Positions 1-11,000 of a stretch of DNA of 64,000 bases are shown piece by piece. The DNA lies in NCBI GenBank assembly GCA_048938105.1, contig JBHLMN010000006.1, forward strand, positions 32,001 through 96,000, written 5' to 3'. The notes under the pieces are model-generated. The model had not been told where the DNA came from. It made no database searches and was given only the letters and a program-made list of their open reading frames with translations. The position numbers and the translations under genes are program-made. Position 1 is the stretch's first letter, and each line of letters begins with the position of its first letter. This DNA comes from Promethearchaeota archaeon. Its GTDB lineage: Archaea > Asgardarchaeota > Heimdallarchaeia > Hodarchaeales > Hodarchaeaceae.

Positions 1-1
1 A

Positions 2-2266
2 GAAGAGAAAGCAGCCCTTTGTACAGGCTTAGGCCCATGGCAGACTGTCGATGTTGAACGACTTGAAATTCCCAGGATTACAATGAGCGATGGCCCTCAT
101 GGAGTACGGAAAACTCAAAACATAGAGGAATTTGGATTAGCTGAAAGCGTTCCTGCAACATGTTATCCTCCAGCAGTAGCTTTAGCAGCAACTTGGAACA
201 GAGAGCTAATTCATAAGGTTGGGGAACATTTAGGAGACGAATGTATTTCTTTAGATGTGGATATATTACTTGGTCCAGGAGTCAACATAAAACGAACACC
301 GTTATGTGGACGTAATTTTGAATATTATTCTGAAGATCCATATCTAGCGGGAGAAATGGGAATTGTATTTGTAAAGGGAGTTCAGAGTAAGGGTGTTGGG
401 ACCTCATTAAAACATTACACAGCAAATAATCAAGAATATGAAAGGTTCACAATTAGCGCAGAAATCGATGAACGTACGTTAAGAGAAATTTACTTGCCAG
501 CTTTTGAGAATATCGTAAAAGAAGCACAACCAATGACTGTTATGTGCGCTTATAATAAAATTAATGGAATCTTTGCCTCTGAGCATAATGATCTCTTAAC
601 TAGAATATTGAAATCTGAATGGAACCTTAATGGATTTGTTGTTTCCGATTGGGGGGCAGTTCATGACCGTGTTGCTGCACTCAAAGGAGGATTAGATTTA
701 CAAATGCCTGGTCCCAACGATAAAGACGTCCAAAGTGTTATTGAGGCTGTTAAGAATAATGCATTAGATGAAAAAGTCTTGGATCAAGCTGTTGAACGTA
801 TTTTGAAGATTATTTTTAAAGCGATAGTGACTAAAAAAGGTCACACAAAATTCGATAAGGAGAAACATCATGAATTTGCTCGTAAAGTAGCAACAGAAGG
901 CATAATCTTACTTAAAAATGAAAATAATGTTTTACCAATTAAAGAAACATCCTCAATAGCAATAATTGGACGGATGGCGAAAGAACCTCGATTCCAAGGT
1001 GGAGGTAGTTCTCTAATTAATCCTACGAAAGTTGATATTCCCTTTGAAGAGATTAAAAAATTAATGGGAGATAATGCACCTCTTAAATACGCAGAAGGTT
1101 ACACCAAAAAAGGGATAGACAAAGTATTAATCGATGAAGCTTGTGATGTAGCCAAACAATCAGACATCGTAATATTATTCTCTGGTTTACCTTTTGAGCA
1201 TGAATCTGAAGGTTTTGATCGGAAAACGATCAATATACCTGATAGCCATGTAGAACTAATAAAAGCAGTTGCAAAGGTAAATCCCAAAATCATAATTGTT
1301 TTAAGTAATGGTTCTGCTATTAGTATGTCTCAATGGATTAATGACGTTCCAGCTGTTGTCGAAGCTTATTTACTTGGACAGGCTGCTGGAGGAGCAATTG
1401 CTGATGTCTTGTTTGGAAAAGTAACTCCGTCAGGAAAATTAGCTGAAACTTTCCCACAAAGACTAGAGCATAATCCTGCTCATGTGAACTATCCTGGAGA
1501 AGCTGGAAAAGTAAGATATGGCGAGGGACTCTATGTGGGTTATCGATATTACGATAAAAAAGAGATCGAACCTCTATTCCCTTTTGGATATGGATTAAGC
1601 TATACAACATTTACTTACTCGAACTTAACAGTCTCCAGTGCATCATTTAGGGATATTGAGGGTGTAACTGTAACTGTTGATATAACTAATACGGGAAATG
1701 TTCCAGGAAAGGAGATTGTGCAACTATACATACACCAAGTCAACCCTAAAGTCGATAGACCTAATAAAGAGTTAAAAGGCTTTAGTAAGGTTGAATTACA
1801 ACCTAACGAAACGAAAACAGCTACTTTCCACTTGGACTCACACTCTTTCGCTCATTACAATATTAGTTACAAATCATGGGTTTGGGATGATGGGAAATAT
1901 GACATTTTAATTGGAGCATCATCAAGAGATATTCGATTACGTACTACTGTAATTTTGAAATCCACACAACAATTACCTAGTATCTTAAATATGGAATCTA
2001 CAATGCGTGATTGGCTTAATGACCCAAAAGGAAAACCAATAATCGATGAAATGATAGCTCAACGAGTGAATTTCATCAAAAAGCAAGATCCTGATCGAGA
2101 AATTGATGAAAAACAAGTTGAAGAAGATCTATTCAAATGGGGATTAGATATGCCATTATTATACTTATTTAAATTTGCTGAAAAGGATCTTCCTATGTCT
2201 GCTGAAGATCTTGTGAAAAGCCTATTAGCTCGAGTAGGGGTTAACAAAAAAGAAAAGTCGATTTAA
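2..2266 (+). CDS. GH3 beta-glucosidase (BglX-like, with Fn3-like domain); 5' end lies outside the window
   Basis: The frame is open from base 2 (EEKAALCTGLGPW...RITMSDGPHG), so the track start at 83 is internal. Motifs: GRNFEYYSEDP, KHY, SDW nucleophile, ESEGFDR, YGEGLYVGYRYY, FPFGYGLSYTTF. Confidence 0.95.
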   Translation, partial: EEKAALCTGLGPWQTVDVERLEIPRITMSDGPHGVRKTQNIEEFGLAESVPATCYPPAVALAATWNRELIHKVGEHLGDECISLDVDILLGPGVNIKRTPLCGRNFEYYSEDPYLAGEMGIVFVKGVQSKGVGTSLKHYTANNQEYERFTISAEIDERTLREIYLPAFENIVKEAQPMTVMCAYNKINGIFASEHNDLLTRILKSEWNLNGFVVSDWGAVHDRVAALKGGLDLQMPGPNDKDVQSVIEAVKNNALDEKVLDQAVERILKIIFKAIVTKKGHTKFDKEKHHEFARKVATEGIILLKNENNVLPIKETSSIAIIGRMAKEPRFQGGGSSLINPTKVDIPFEEIKKLMGDNAPLKYAEGYTKKGIDKVLIDEACDVAKQSDIVILFSGLPFEHESEGFDRKTINIPDSHVELIKAVAKVNPKIIIVLSNGSAISMSQWINDVPAVVEAYLLGQAAGGAIADVLFGKVTPSGKLAETFPQRLEHNPAHVNYPGEAGKVRYGEGLYVGYRYYDKKEIEPLFPFGYGLSYTTFTYSNLTVSSASFRDIEGVTVTVDITNTGNVPGKEIVQLYIHQVNPKVDRPNKELKGFSKVELQPNETKTATFHLDSHSFAHYNISYKSWVWDDGKYDILIGASSRDIRLRTTVILKSTQQLPSILNMESTMRDWLNDPKGKPIIDEMIAQRVNFIKKQDPDREIDEKQVEEDLFKWGLDMPLLYLFKFAEKDLPMSAEDLVKSLLARVGVNKKEKSI

Positions 2267-2314
2267 TTTAATAACAATCGCATTACACCTGATGTGTCAA
2301 ATGTAAAAGTTAAA

Positions 2315-2340
2315 AAACTCCTATCTAAAAGTAGGAGTTT
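2315..2340. terminator. Perfect 9-bp hairpin between convergent GH3 and GH5 genes
   Basis: AAACTCCTA-tctaaaag-TAGGAGTTT. On the minus strand the stem ends in a T-run (A6 at 2312-2317 on +). Confidence 0.6.
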
Positions 2341-2379
2341 CACCATGGAGGATGATATATTCCGTATTTAAGAAAATGA

Positions 2380-3729
2380 TTAAATTTTCACATATGTTTT
2401 GATAATATCAATGATCGCGGGCCATTGGTCGCAATTCTCAAAAAGAAAAGACTCTGGGTAAGTCATCAGTTCCTCAACAGGTATTTTTTGAAAGATATCG
2501 TTGTAACGATTACATAATACTAGTTGATTGTTTGCTAATAAACGAAAATTGAGCTTCCGCTGGAGTCCCTTTGGTAAATGGGTTAAATCCATATTTTTCA
2601 GCACATCATTCGAAATTAGATATTTTTGGAACTCTTCTTCAAATCTCCATTCTCCTAACGCAAGGGTTGAAAATTTCATCCATAGAGAATCAGTTTTAGG
2701 ATGGATACATCCCATGCTTCTTGCATCTTTATAAGTCCAAATAGACCAGGATATATCATGTTTCTCTAAAACTGCAATTGTGTCACGCAACAATGATTCG
2801 TGTACTTTGCGATCGCCTTTTTTCAACGAAATTCCAGTTTCACCACACCATAGAGGACGTTTTAATACATTTTTAACATAACTAATTTCACCATCCCCAA
2901 AAATGGCCTTTTCAATTTGATTTACTTGTTCATTTCTCCTCTTTTCTTGGTTTATTACTAAATTGTCAGTGAATATCCAGGGATAATAATGGAATGAAAA
3001 GGCAACATTTGGATCTTCATAAGGGGTATAATCTGAAAAAAAATGTGCATAAAAATCTCCTTCAATAAAGAAAACATGATTTTTATCTACTTTTCGTAAT
3101 TCTTTCACTAAATCGTGATAGAAATTATCAACAATCTTCCCTTTAAGTTCATAATAGCATGGTTCATTCATTAAATCATATGCTGCGATCCATGGATTAG
3201 TACTGTAATGACTACCAATATATTTCCATAATTGGATTACTCTTTGCTGGAATTCCTTATGTTCCCAAAACAAAGCTTCTCCTGTTGTATTATCTGAGTG
3301 CCAATCTGGATTTTGGCCACCTGGTGCTGCATGAAGGTCTAGAATTACATAAATGTTGTACTTCTCACATAATTTCAGAATACGATCAAACTGTTCAAAA
3401 CCATTTGGATCATAAGAATAAGGCTTCAAGTCGGATTCAAAAAGATGATAATTAAATGAAAGCCTAATGGAATTAATACCAATTGCATTAAGGAACTGAA
3501 AATCTCTTTCATTAATATAGCAATTGTAGTACTTTTCCCAGAATTTATTGGCTTTTTCTAGCCCATATGCTCGTTTAAGAGCTCCTCTTAATTGGGATTC
3601 TGATCCAGGAAGACCAATCATAAAATGCTCTATGTTCAACCAGTTTCCAAATCCAAATCCTCTGAATGTAATTTTCTCCCTATTTATAACAAAATTTGGA
3701 CCATCTACTTTAATAAAGCTAGGATTCAT
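2380..3729 (-). CDS. GH5 glycoside hydrolase (cytoplasmic endo/exo-glucanase)
   Basis: Motifs GNWLNIEHFM, NSIRLSFNY, DLHAAPGGQN, NEP acid/base, FHYY, CGETG nucleophile, WSIWTYK. No signal peptide seen. Confidence 0.9.
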   Translation of the reverse strand: MNPSFIKVDGPNFVINREKITFRGFGFGNWLNIEHFMIGLPGSESQLRGALKRAYGLEKANKFWEKYYNCYINERDFQFLNAIGINSIRLSFNYHLFESDLKPYSYDPNGFEQFDRILKLCEKYNIYVILDLHAAPGGQNPDWHSDNTTGEALFWEHKEFQQRVIQLWKYIGSHYSTNPWIAAYDLMNEPCYYELKGKIVDNFYHDLVKELRKVDKNHVFFIEGDFYAHFFSDYTPYEDPNVAFSFHYYPWIFTDNLVINQEKRRNEQVNQIEKAIFGDGEISYVKNVLKRPLWCGETGISLKKGDRKVHESLLRDTIAVLEKHDISWSIWTYKDARSMGCIHPKTDSLWMKFSTLALGEWRFEEEFQKYLISNDVLKNMDLTHLPKGLQRKLNFRLLANNQLVLCNRYNDIFQKIPVEELMTYPESFLFENCDQWPAIIDIIKTYVKI

Positions 3730-4100
3730 TACTTATTCTCCTCTTTCACACAATTATAGAAGTAATTTAAGAAATTTTCTCGAAAAAGAGGAGATAATCT
3801 GATCTCAAGAGAAGCTACTGCATTATCATTTATTTACCAGAAGAAAGATAAAGGTTGTAATAATAAATTGAAACCAAATGAATGGATAAATATTCGAACA
3901 TTTATTCAAAAGAATAAGTATTAACTTCATCTACTTTTATGATATTTAATTCCTTTCTTTCTAAGAAATAATTTTATAAGATTATTTTTTATTGTGTACT
4001 TTAATATAGAAATGGAAATTATCAAAGACTCAATAATCAAGAATGGAAAAATCAAATAATAAAATATAAATTTAAGAATAGATTATTTATGGTTTAGAAA

Positions 4101-4982
4101 ATGGGTAAAAAAAAGAACCAACCTCAACAACAGGCATCAAAACCTTGGTTTTGGGATTTTTTTGTACGAAATGCATCCAAATTTATTCCAAGTTTTATGA
4201 TTCCGCCAAATGAAATGGTACAAGTTTTAGGATTTATTCTTTTGTTCCCTATTTGTTTTATTGTTTGTTCATATTTTGTTATTGAAATAATAAATGAATT
4301 GATTTTCCTCGGAATAGGCAATATGAACCTACCATTAACACCAGTTACTATAAAAGCTATTCTCCTATTAGTAATAGAAATCCTCTTGATTATTAAAATT
4401 CAGGGTAAGAATTTATCTATTCCAAAGAAAGATTTAGTAACAAGTGACTATTTAGTGTTAAAAAAGCTAGTTGCCCAATTAAAAGTCCGTTTTTACCCTA
4501 ATAGGATTGAAATCGAACAAGGACGTATAATTAAACTCGATGCATCTTTCATTGATCTAAAAATATTCCCCCAAATGATTTGTGATTTATCTCATTTAAG
4601 ATATTTAATTCTATCCTCAAACAAGTTAGTATCTCTCCCCACAGAACTAGGCTCCTTAAAAAACCTCACAGATCTAAATTTAAATCATAACCAATTAACT
4701 ACTCTTCCTGAGACAATTGGACAATTACCAAACCTTCAAACTCTGAAATTGAGTGATAATAAGCTAAGTTCTATCCCTAAAACACTTGGACAGCTATCGA
4801 ACCTTCAAAAGTTGTCCGTTAAAAACAATAAAATTAATTTTCTCCAGAAGACAGTTTTGAAACAAGTAAAGTTACAGGAATTAGATATAAGAAGGAACCC
4901 ATTATCCAAAACGGCTTTGAAGGTATTACAGGAATTGAAACAAGATGGTGTCCAAATTCGAACAGATGCTGTTTATAATTAA
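4101..4982 (+). CDS. Membrane-anchored leucine-rich repeat protein (2 N-terminal TM segments + ~6 LRRs)
   Basis: Two hydrophobic segments (~aa 42-72 and 82-100), followed by 23-aa repeats LxxLxLxxNxLxxLPxxIGxL. Confidence 0.85.
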   Translation: MGKKKNQPQQQASKPWFWDFFVRNASKFIPSFMIPPNEMVQVLGFILLFPICFIVCSYFVIEIINELIFLGIGNMNLPLTPVTIKAILLLVIEILLIIKIQGKNLSIPKKDLVTSDYLVLKKLVAQLKVRFYPNRIEIEQGRIIKLDASFIDLKIFPQMICDLSHLRYLILSSNKLVSLPTELGSLKNLTDLNLNHNQLTTLPETIGQLPNLQTLKLSDNKLSSIPKTLGQLSNLQKLSVKNNKINFLQKTVLKQVKLQELDIRRNPLSKTALKVLQELKQDGVQIRTDAVYN

Positions 4983-5352
4983 AAATTTTAATAGAATAGC
5001 ACTATGATTTTATTAAATTATTTAACTAAAAGATGGTAGGAAGTCAGAGTTTACCAACTCAAGGTTGATTGGATGAAATATCTCTTGATGACCTAGGAGA
5101 AATAACCATACTCATAAGATTGATCCCCAATTTTATAAATGCTAGTTACATATTGTTGCTATTTTGTGTATAAAAATGTAAAATCTTTGAAACACCTTTT
5201 ATTAAGAAATTTAGTGAAAATCTCAATAATTATCATGAAAAACTGTTATTGTTGAGTAGCTCCAAACTTTATTGATAAAAAGAATTCCTTTCCATTTTAA
5301 CGAATATGCGGTGCATAAAACTAAGAATGAACAGGTTATACTTGCTTTGGAA

Positions 5353-6479
5353 TTATATAAAGGATTGAAAATGTCTTAAAATGGTTGTAACAAGTAGAAA
5401 TCCTATTGACTCCACAGTTCTTGTATTATCGTTTCCCAATATTGACATACTGAGTTTAAGGGAAGGGAAATGCGCAACAGCTGAAGTATAACCGAAAATT
5501 GAACCTGTATGTAACCAATACTTCAATTTACCTAAGTTACCCTCACCAATTCCTAAACCATAACCATCCATCCAATCCTCTCCTGGTGTTGGGTAATAAA
5601 AAGATAATATTTCCTTTAATGAGCTTTTTTTTATAACTCTATCACGAAAGAGATCATCAAACCACTTTGCGAGGTCTGTGGCATTCGAGTACATTTCACC
5701 ATAAGCCCATGTAGCAATCGCTTTTCTGGGTTCAGTCATGAGATCATCCAAAATTCCATTCTGGTTTAAATCAAACCAATTATGAGCAAGTGGAAATTCA
5801 GGGGGAATTGTTTCATGATAATCGAAAAATATGCTCCTGAGGCCGAGTGGATCTAAAAATCGGTGTCGAATTTCATGGAACACTGTTGAGTGTGTTATAG
5901 ATTCTATAATCATAGTAAGCAATAAGTAATTTGTTGAAGAGTAGTGCCATCCTTGACCAGGAGAAAAGTAAGGTTTTTTAGTAAGGTTGTAATAATTTCT
6001 TCTGGTGTCCATACTTTTGTCAAATCAAAAGAGGAGAGTCGTTTTCTGTCATAAGAATCTGGATGTTCAACATAATCAAATATCCCACTTGTGTGGTTTA
6101 AAAGCTGACGAATAGTAGTCATTGAATTTATGTTTCTATAAGCAGGAAGCCAATTATGTATTTTATCGTCTAAAGAGAGTTTTTTCTCTTCAACCAACTT
6201 TAAAATAAGAGCAGCTATGAAATTTTTACTAATACTTCCGATATAAAATAAAGTATTAGGTTTTATTGGCTCTGATTTTAGTGGATCCGACAGACCACTG
6301 GTACCAACCCAAACTTCTTGATTTGAAAAAATAATAGCAGCAGATACACCTATTCCTTTACAAGCTTTCAATTCTTGATCTAATATATTCTGCATTTCAT
6401 AAGAAAGAGACTCACTGGTTTCAATGCAGCAATTGTGTTCATTAAACAATTTATGTACCAAGAATATTATACATTCCAT
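5353..6479 (-). pseudogene. Serine hydrolase (beta-lactamase/AmpC/D-aminopeptidase family) split by one -1 frameshift at ~5973-5979
   Basis: ORF 5910..6479 has SxxK (GSISKNF) and LLNHTSG. ORF 5353..6012 has PGQGWHYSSTNY and HTG. The frames join at CTA AAA AAC CT. Confidence 0.8.
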
Positions 6480-6643
6480 CTATAGAAAGGAAAGGAATTT
6501 GTAGCTCTATTTCTCTTTTTACGTCTTATATACCTTAAAAATTCGCTATGAATTTCACTATTCGGTTTTTTCTTATTTTCTACATGTCTTTCGTTCTTGT
6601 AAAATTTACGAACGAATTTTTTAGGATTAAAGTAGCTCAACAT
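6467..6643 (-). CDS. Small Lys/Arg-rich hypothetical protein (58 aa), not in ORF track
   Basis: My translation: MLSYFNPKKFVRKFYKNERHVENKKKPNSEIHSEFLRYIRRKKRNRATNSFPFYRWNV*. GAGGT RBS lies 7 nt upstream of the ATG. Confidence 0.45.
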   Translation of the reverse strand: MLSYFNPKKFVRKFYKNERHVENKKKPNSEIHSEFLRYIRRKKRNRATNSFPFYRWNV

Positions 6644-6756
6644 ACGAATTACCTCAACTAGTCAATCAAATTGTAATTTTATTACATTTTACTAATTTAT
6701 GTATGATTTTTACACGAATCTTTATAAAAATATATTTTGAGGCAATCAATAAAAAA

Positions 6757-6957
6757 AAATTAGCTATTGAATTAAAATACTTAAATATTCTAGTCTTTTC
6801 TGTTAACCCAGGTTAGGTGAAGATGGATTTAGGAGGCCTAAATGCTCCATTATCAATAGAAGAAGGTATTAAAACTCCAATCTTTTTGGTAACAGAGAAA
6901 GCTGGTAATTTATAAATAGGAGAATATTATAAGGAAAAGAAGATACTAGATTGGTGA
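6757..6957 (+). pseudogene. 3' remnant of an SDR (carbonyl-reductase-like) gene with two in-frame stops
   Basis: KLAIELKYLNILVFSVNPG*VKMDLGGLNAPLSIEEGIKTPIFLVTEKAGNL*IGEYYKEKKILDW* matches the SDR C-terminal pattern VNxVxPGWVxTDMGG...A.xS.EEG. Stops at 6814-6816 (TAG) and 6913-6915 (TAA). Confidence 0.75.
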
Positions 6958-7051
6958 GTTCTTTTGAATGATTTTGTATAAGTAGATGTGTTACCTATCT
7001 ATGACTAGTAATTAGTAGATTAAGAGTGCCCAGCATATTCTAACTATCACC

Positions 7052-7789
7052 TTACTTTGGTAATTCCAACGTTTCTAAAGTTTCCTTAATCCATTGTGTG
7101 AAAGTGATTTTCTCCTTTATGATTTCATTGACCTGAGTTATATATTCTTGTGCAGCATTTTCAGTAGGAATAATCAAAAAGGCATTTTTATTCTCGATAG
7201 GTTGTAAACAAATCATTGGTTTCTTTAATCCAGAAGCATCATCAGCTGATGCAAGCTCTAGCTCTAAAATATATAGAAAATCTTTAGCTTTCACGTCATT
7301 AAATCTATATTTCACCATATTTTCATCTGGGGCTAAATCAAGTAATACATGACTCCATTCTGTAATCCAGTACTGATCAGTAAACCAGTATTCAAGATAC
7401 TCTTTACGATGGGCACGAAGCTCGCTAAGTACTACAAAGTAGCGTATCATACCCTCCCGTACTTTTTTCATCAATTCAAGACCAGATTTATCATAAAACT
7501 GGGGATATTTCGCTCTTTCTTCACTTAAGAGAACCATTACTCTGATGATTTCTTCCAGCTGTCTATCACTGCTAATCGGGACATATTTCGAAACTTTCGT
7601 TAACCATGCTATAGTATGGGTAATATCGTCTGCACTTGCTTTTTTACCACGTATAGATGTTAATTTTGACCCGATAGTAGCTCTATTTTTGATTAAACGC
7701 TCTCCTTCCTTACTCATAATTTCCTGTCGTCTTTTTCTCCAATTTTCAATTTCTGCTAAATACCTAAGAGTCTCCATTATGTAAATCAC
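7052..7789 (-). CDS. Hypothetical soluble protein (true start probably ATG 7777)
   Basis: Long ORF with GGTGA RBS upstream of METLRY. No motif recognised. Confidence 0.7.
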   Translation of the reverse strand: MIYIMETLRYLAEIENWRKRRQEIMSKEGERLIKNRATIGSKLTSIRGKKASADDITHTIAWLTKVSKYVPISSDRQLEEIIRVMVLLSEERAKYPQFYDKSGLELMKKVREGMIRYFVVLSELRAHRKEYLEYWFTDQYWITEWSHVLLDLAPDENMVKYRFNDVKAKDFLYILELELASADDASGLKKPMICLQPIENKNAFLIIPTENAAQEYITQVNEIIKEKITFTQWIKETLETLELPK

Positions 7790-8040
7790 CTAATTTGTGA
7801 TTATCATGACTTGGATAAGATATTTATTTCTGTTAGCTCAATTTTAAGCCAATGTTTATTGATTTTACATACAATTTTAACAGCATTCTAGATATTACCT
7901 AATGTAAATCTCGAATATATTTTTTTTTCTGATGGGAATTATGAAAAATCTTAACAGAAACCACGATATTTTATTATTTGTGCATTATTGAATATTTTTC
8001 ACAAACAAACTAACTAACATTAGTTAAACATTTTTAATGT

Positions 8041-11000
8041 TTAAGAGGCTTCAAAATAGATATCAATTGTTTTAATGTTTCCTGATCTTACCATAGAGGC
8101 ATATGGAAAACTAATATCGCTCCCAATAATGGAAATATCTTTGTCTTCTGCATCAGTCAATTTAATTTTCTTGATCCTTATTTCACCAGTAAAGGTATCT
8201 TTTCTTTCAGGATTATGGTAGCAAACCATGGTTCTTCCCAAAAATTTGAAATTTATTTCACCTTTTCTATCAAATAACCAATCTGGTAGGATTGGTTTAA
8301 ATTCCAAATGTAGCTCATCATCTTTCATAAAGAAAGGTTGCTTTCCTACCATCATGATAAACCAGATGTTTAAGAATTCAGCTGTTGAACCGCTTAACCG
8401 GGCATAGAAACCTGTTCCATGTAAGGTCTCATCTGGAAAAACGCTACTCACAATAAAAGAGGAATTCTCTGCTGGACTCCGCCCATAGACCTGAGGGTCT
8501 TGGAAAGGTATCAAAACATTTCGAAAATCCTCAAAAAACTCATCATAAAGCCCTGTTTTGAGAACTTCAAGTAGGAACTTATATTCCATATGTGTCCAAA
8601 TTGATTCGTTCTCTAACCAGCCTGGAGTGAATGCTTTTGCTCTTCCAATATCATTTGGTTCGTTTTCAAGGGAAGAATTTAATTTATACATTTTAAGCTT
8701 CCTATCAAAGAGACTACTTTCTCTTACTTGATTCCATATCTTTTTTGCCTCTTCTTCATGTGATTGAACCTTAATGGCCCTCACAAATCCTTCTAGAAAC
8801 AATGAGAGTAGCATTGGCTTAAATTGGAGTATTTTCACGCATGGAAATCCATCTACATTAATTATTTTGTTCCCTTGTTCGTCATGGAGAAATTTAAATC
8901 TTTCTACATCATAATAGAAATAAGTAGGGTATCTATCATTGGTTAATTCAAGAGCAGACGTAATTGCTTGCTCAATTTTTTGTAAAAAATCCCCCAGAAC
9001 ATATTTTACTTCAAATAAATTTATTTGTTTTTCATGACCATCAAAACCAAATTTTGTAATTTTTCGATACACTTCTCTTTTACTTGTTACACAATCCCAG
9101 TAAGTAAATTGTTTATCCTCAGTTTGAGAACTGAAATAATTGTCAAGAAATTCTTTTACAGTATTTAACAGATCATAAACTTCAATAGGAATCCTAAGCA
9201 TAAAGTCCTTGCTTTCATCAATGGAATCTATCATAAATTGAATTAATCTCTTCAGTTCATAAGTTTCGGGCATCGATGATCCAAATATCCCAGGTAATCC
9301 ATTTAAAGCGTCGTACCAACCTGGTTTATTAGCTTCCATTTCTACTCCCATTCCATAAGGATCCAATGTAGTAAATTTGATTAAAACGAGATTTAAGAGT
9401 TTGGAAAACAATGTGGTTTTATAAATCGTACCATTTTTTGTACGAACTAGGTTTCTTTTAAAATCCCTTGAATTAATCATTTTTTCTTTTTGCTTGTCAA
9501 ATAAAATAGAGCCTAATTGTCTTACTTTTCCTTCGTTGTTAATTGATACATATTTTTTTTCTCTGGGCTGCACTATCACTGGATTGTCATAATAGGAAAA
9601 ATCTGATAGTTCAAATAATAGTTCATGCTTTTTATCTGGATATATAACAAGATAATTTTCGATTAGATCTAAAATATAAGTCCAATGATCGATCCAATAT
9701 CCGTCTCCATGAATAACATTCAAATTTTGCTCTGAATGTAATAGAGTTGTTTGAAGGAACTCATCAAGAGAACTATTGAGTCTTATTTCATGAATTTTTA
9801 CAAATTTAATTAACGAACCAGGTGTAAATGGTTTTAGTAAAAATACTTTCAATACCTCTGCTTGTTTATCATCCTCAATGAAAGATAATATCTTAGAAAT
9901 ATCCTTTTCTAATACAGAAAAATTAGACCCACGGAGTTCCAATGGATTATATCCATCTGTTTGAATCAGATTCATGAAAGTAAGAATATTTGCATGTTGT
10001 ACTTGGGGATCAAGTAAGACTTCACATCTTCGATTTTGATTTACATCTCTATAATTTCCATTCCCTTGGGAATAATAAGTTGGTTCTAATGAAAAGAAGT
10101 TGTAGTCTCGTTCCATATCCCCATGCTTTCGTAAGTATGAATGAAATATAATTTTCCTTTCCTCATTCTCAAATATCATCGGATATCCTCCACGTAACAC
10201 ATTATCTAGATATGTTTGCTGACAGTAAAGATCAAATACATTAGATGCCGTTCGTGTATATACCCGATTAGCTATTGAGGAGATTAATTCAATATTTTCT
10301 CTTTTTTTCGTATTTATGTACTTCTTTGTTGCGATTCGGTCTATATGACTGTTTAACCACTTAACACTATTCACCTGACCAATAATTGAAAAAATTTCAA
10401 TCTCTTGGTTTGTGTTTAACTTAAAATTAGCACCAAAAAACCCACACGGGGTTTTATTAGTGTGAATCTGTTTTTTATTATATAATTGCTTGATGGAGGT
10501 TTTTATAAAACTATCTGGTTTATGAAATGATCTATTATGACCAAAGATAATATGTGAATCTACAAGGGGTTCTAATAATATTGATTCATTATCTTTTTGG
10601 AGAAATGCTAAATAAAAGTTCCCAGAATCAATTTCTTCCACACTTGGTTTATCACCTGGAAGTTGAGCCATTTTATAGAAAGGAACTCTATTATCTAGGT
10701 TTTCTACTCTCATCCATGATTCTAGAGTATAATTCATCGATTTCAAACTGAATTCACTCGCCCCATAAGGAATAACAATCGGTAATCCATCAAGCAATTC
10801 AAAATCAATATCTGATGATGAAATATTCTTTATTCTTACGATACGTACTAATCCAGCAAAATCTTCATTAGCTAAAGTAAAATATTCTATATTAAATAGA
10901 AGTCCATGATTTTGAGATAATTCTTCAATCTCAAAATTATCACTTTTTATTTTCATACACTGGATCCTTTCTTTGTTTTCATCATTAAGAGCAAATGGTT

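Noticed and set aside
6814-6816. In-frame TAG as pyrrolysine or readthrough recoding
   Set aside because: It sits at a conserved Trp (TGG to TAG), is followed by a TAA, and the 5' three-quarters of the gene is missing. This is ordinary decay.
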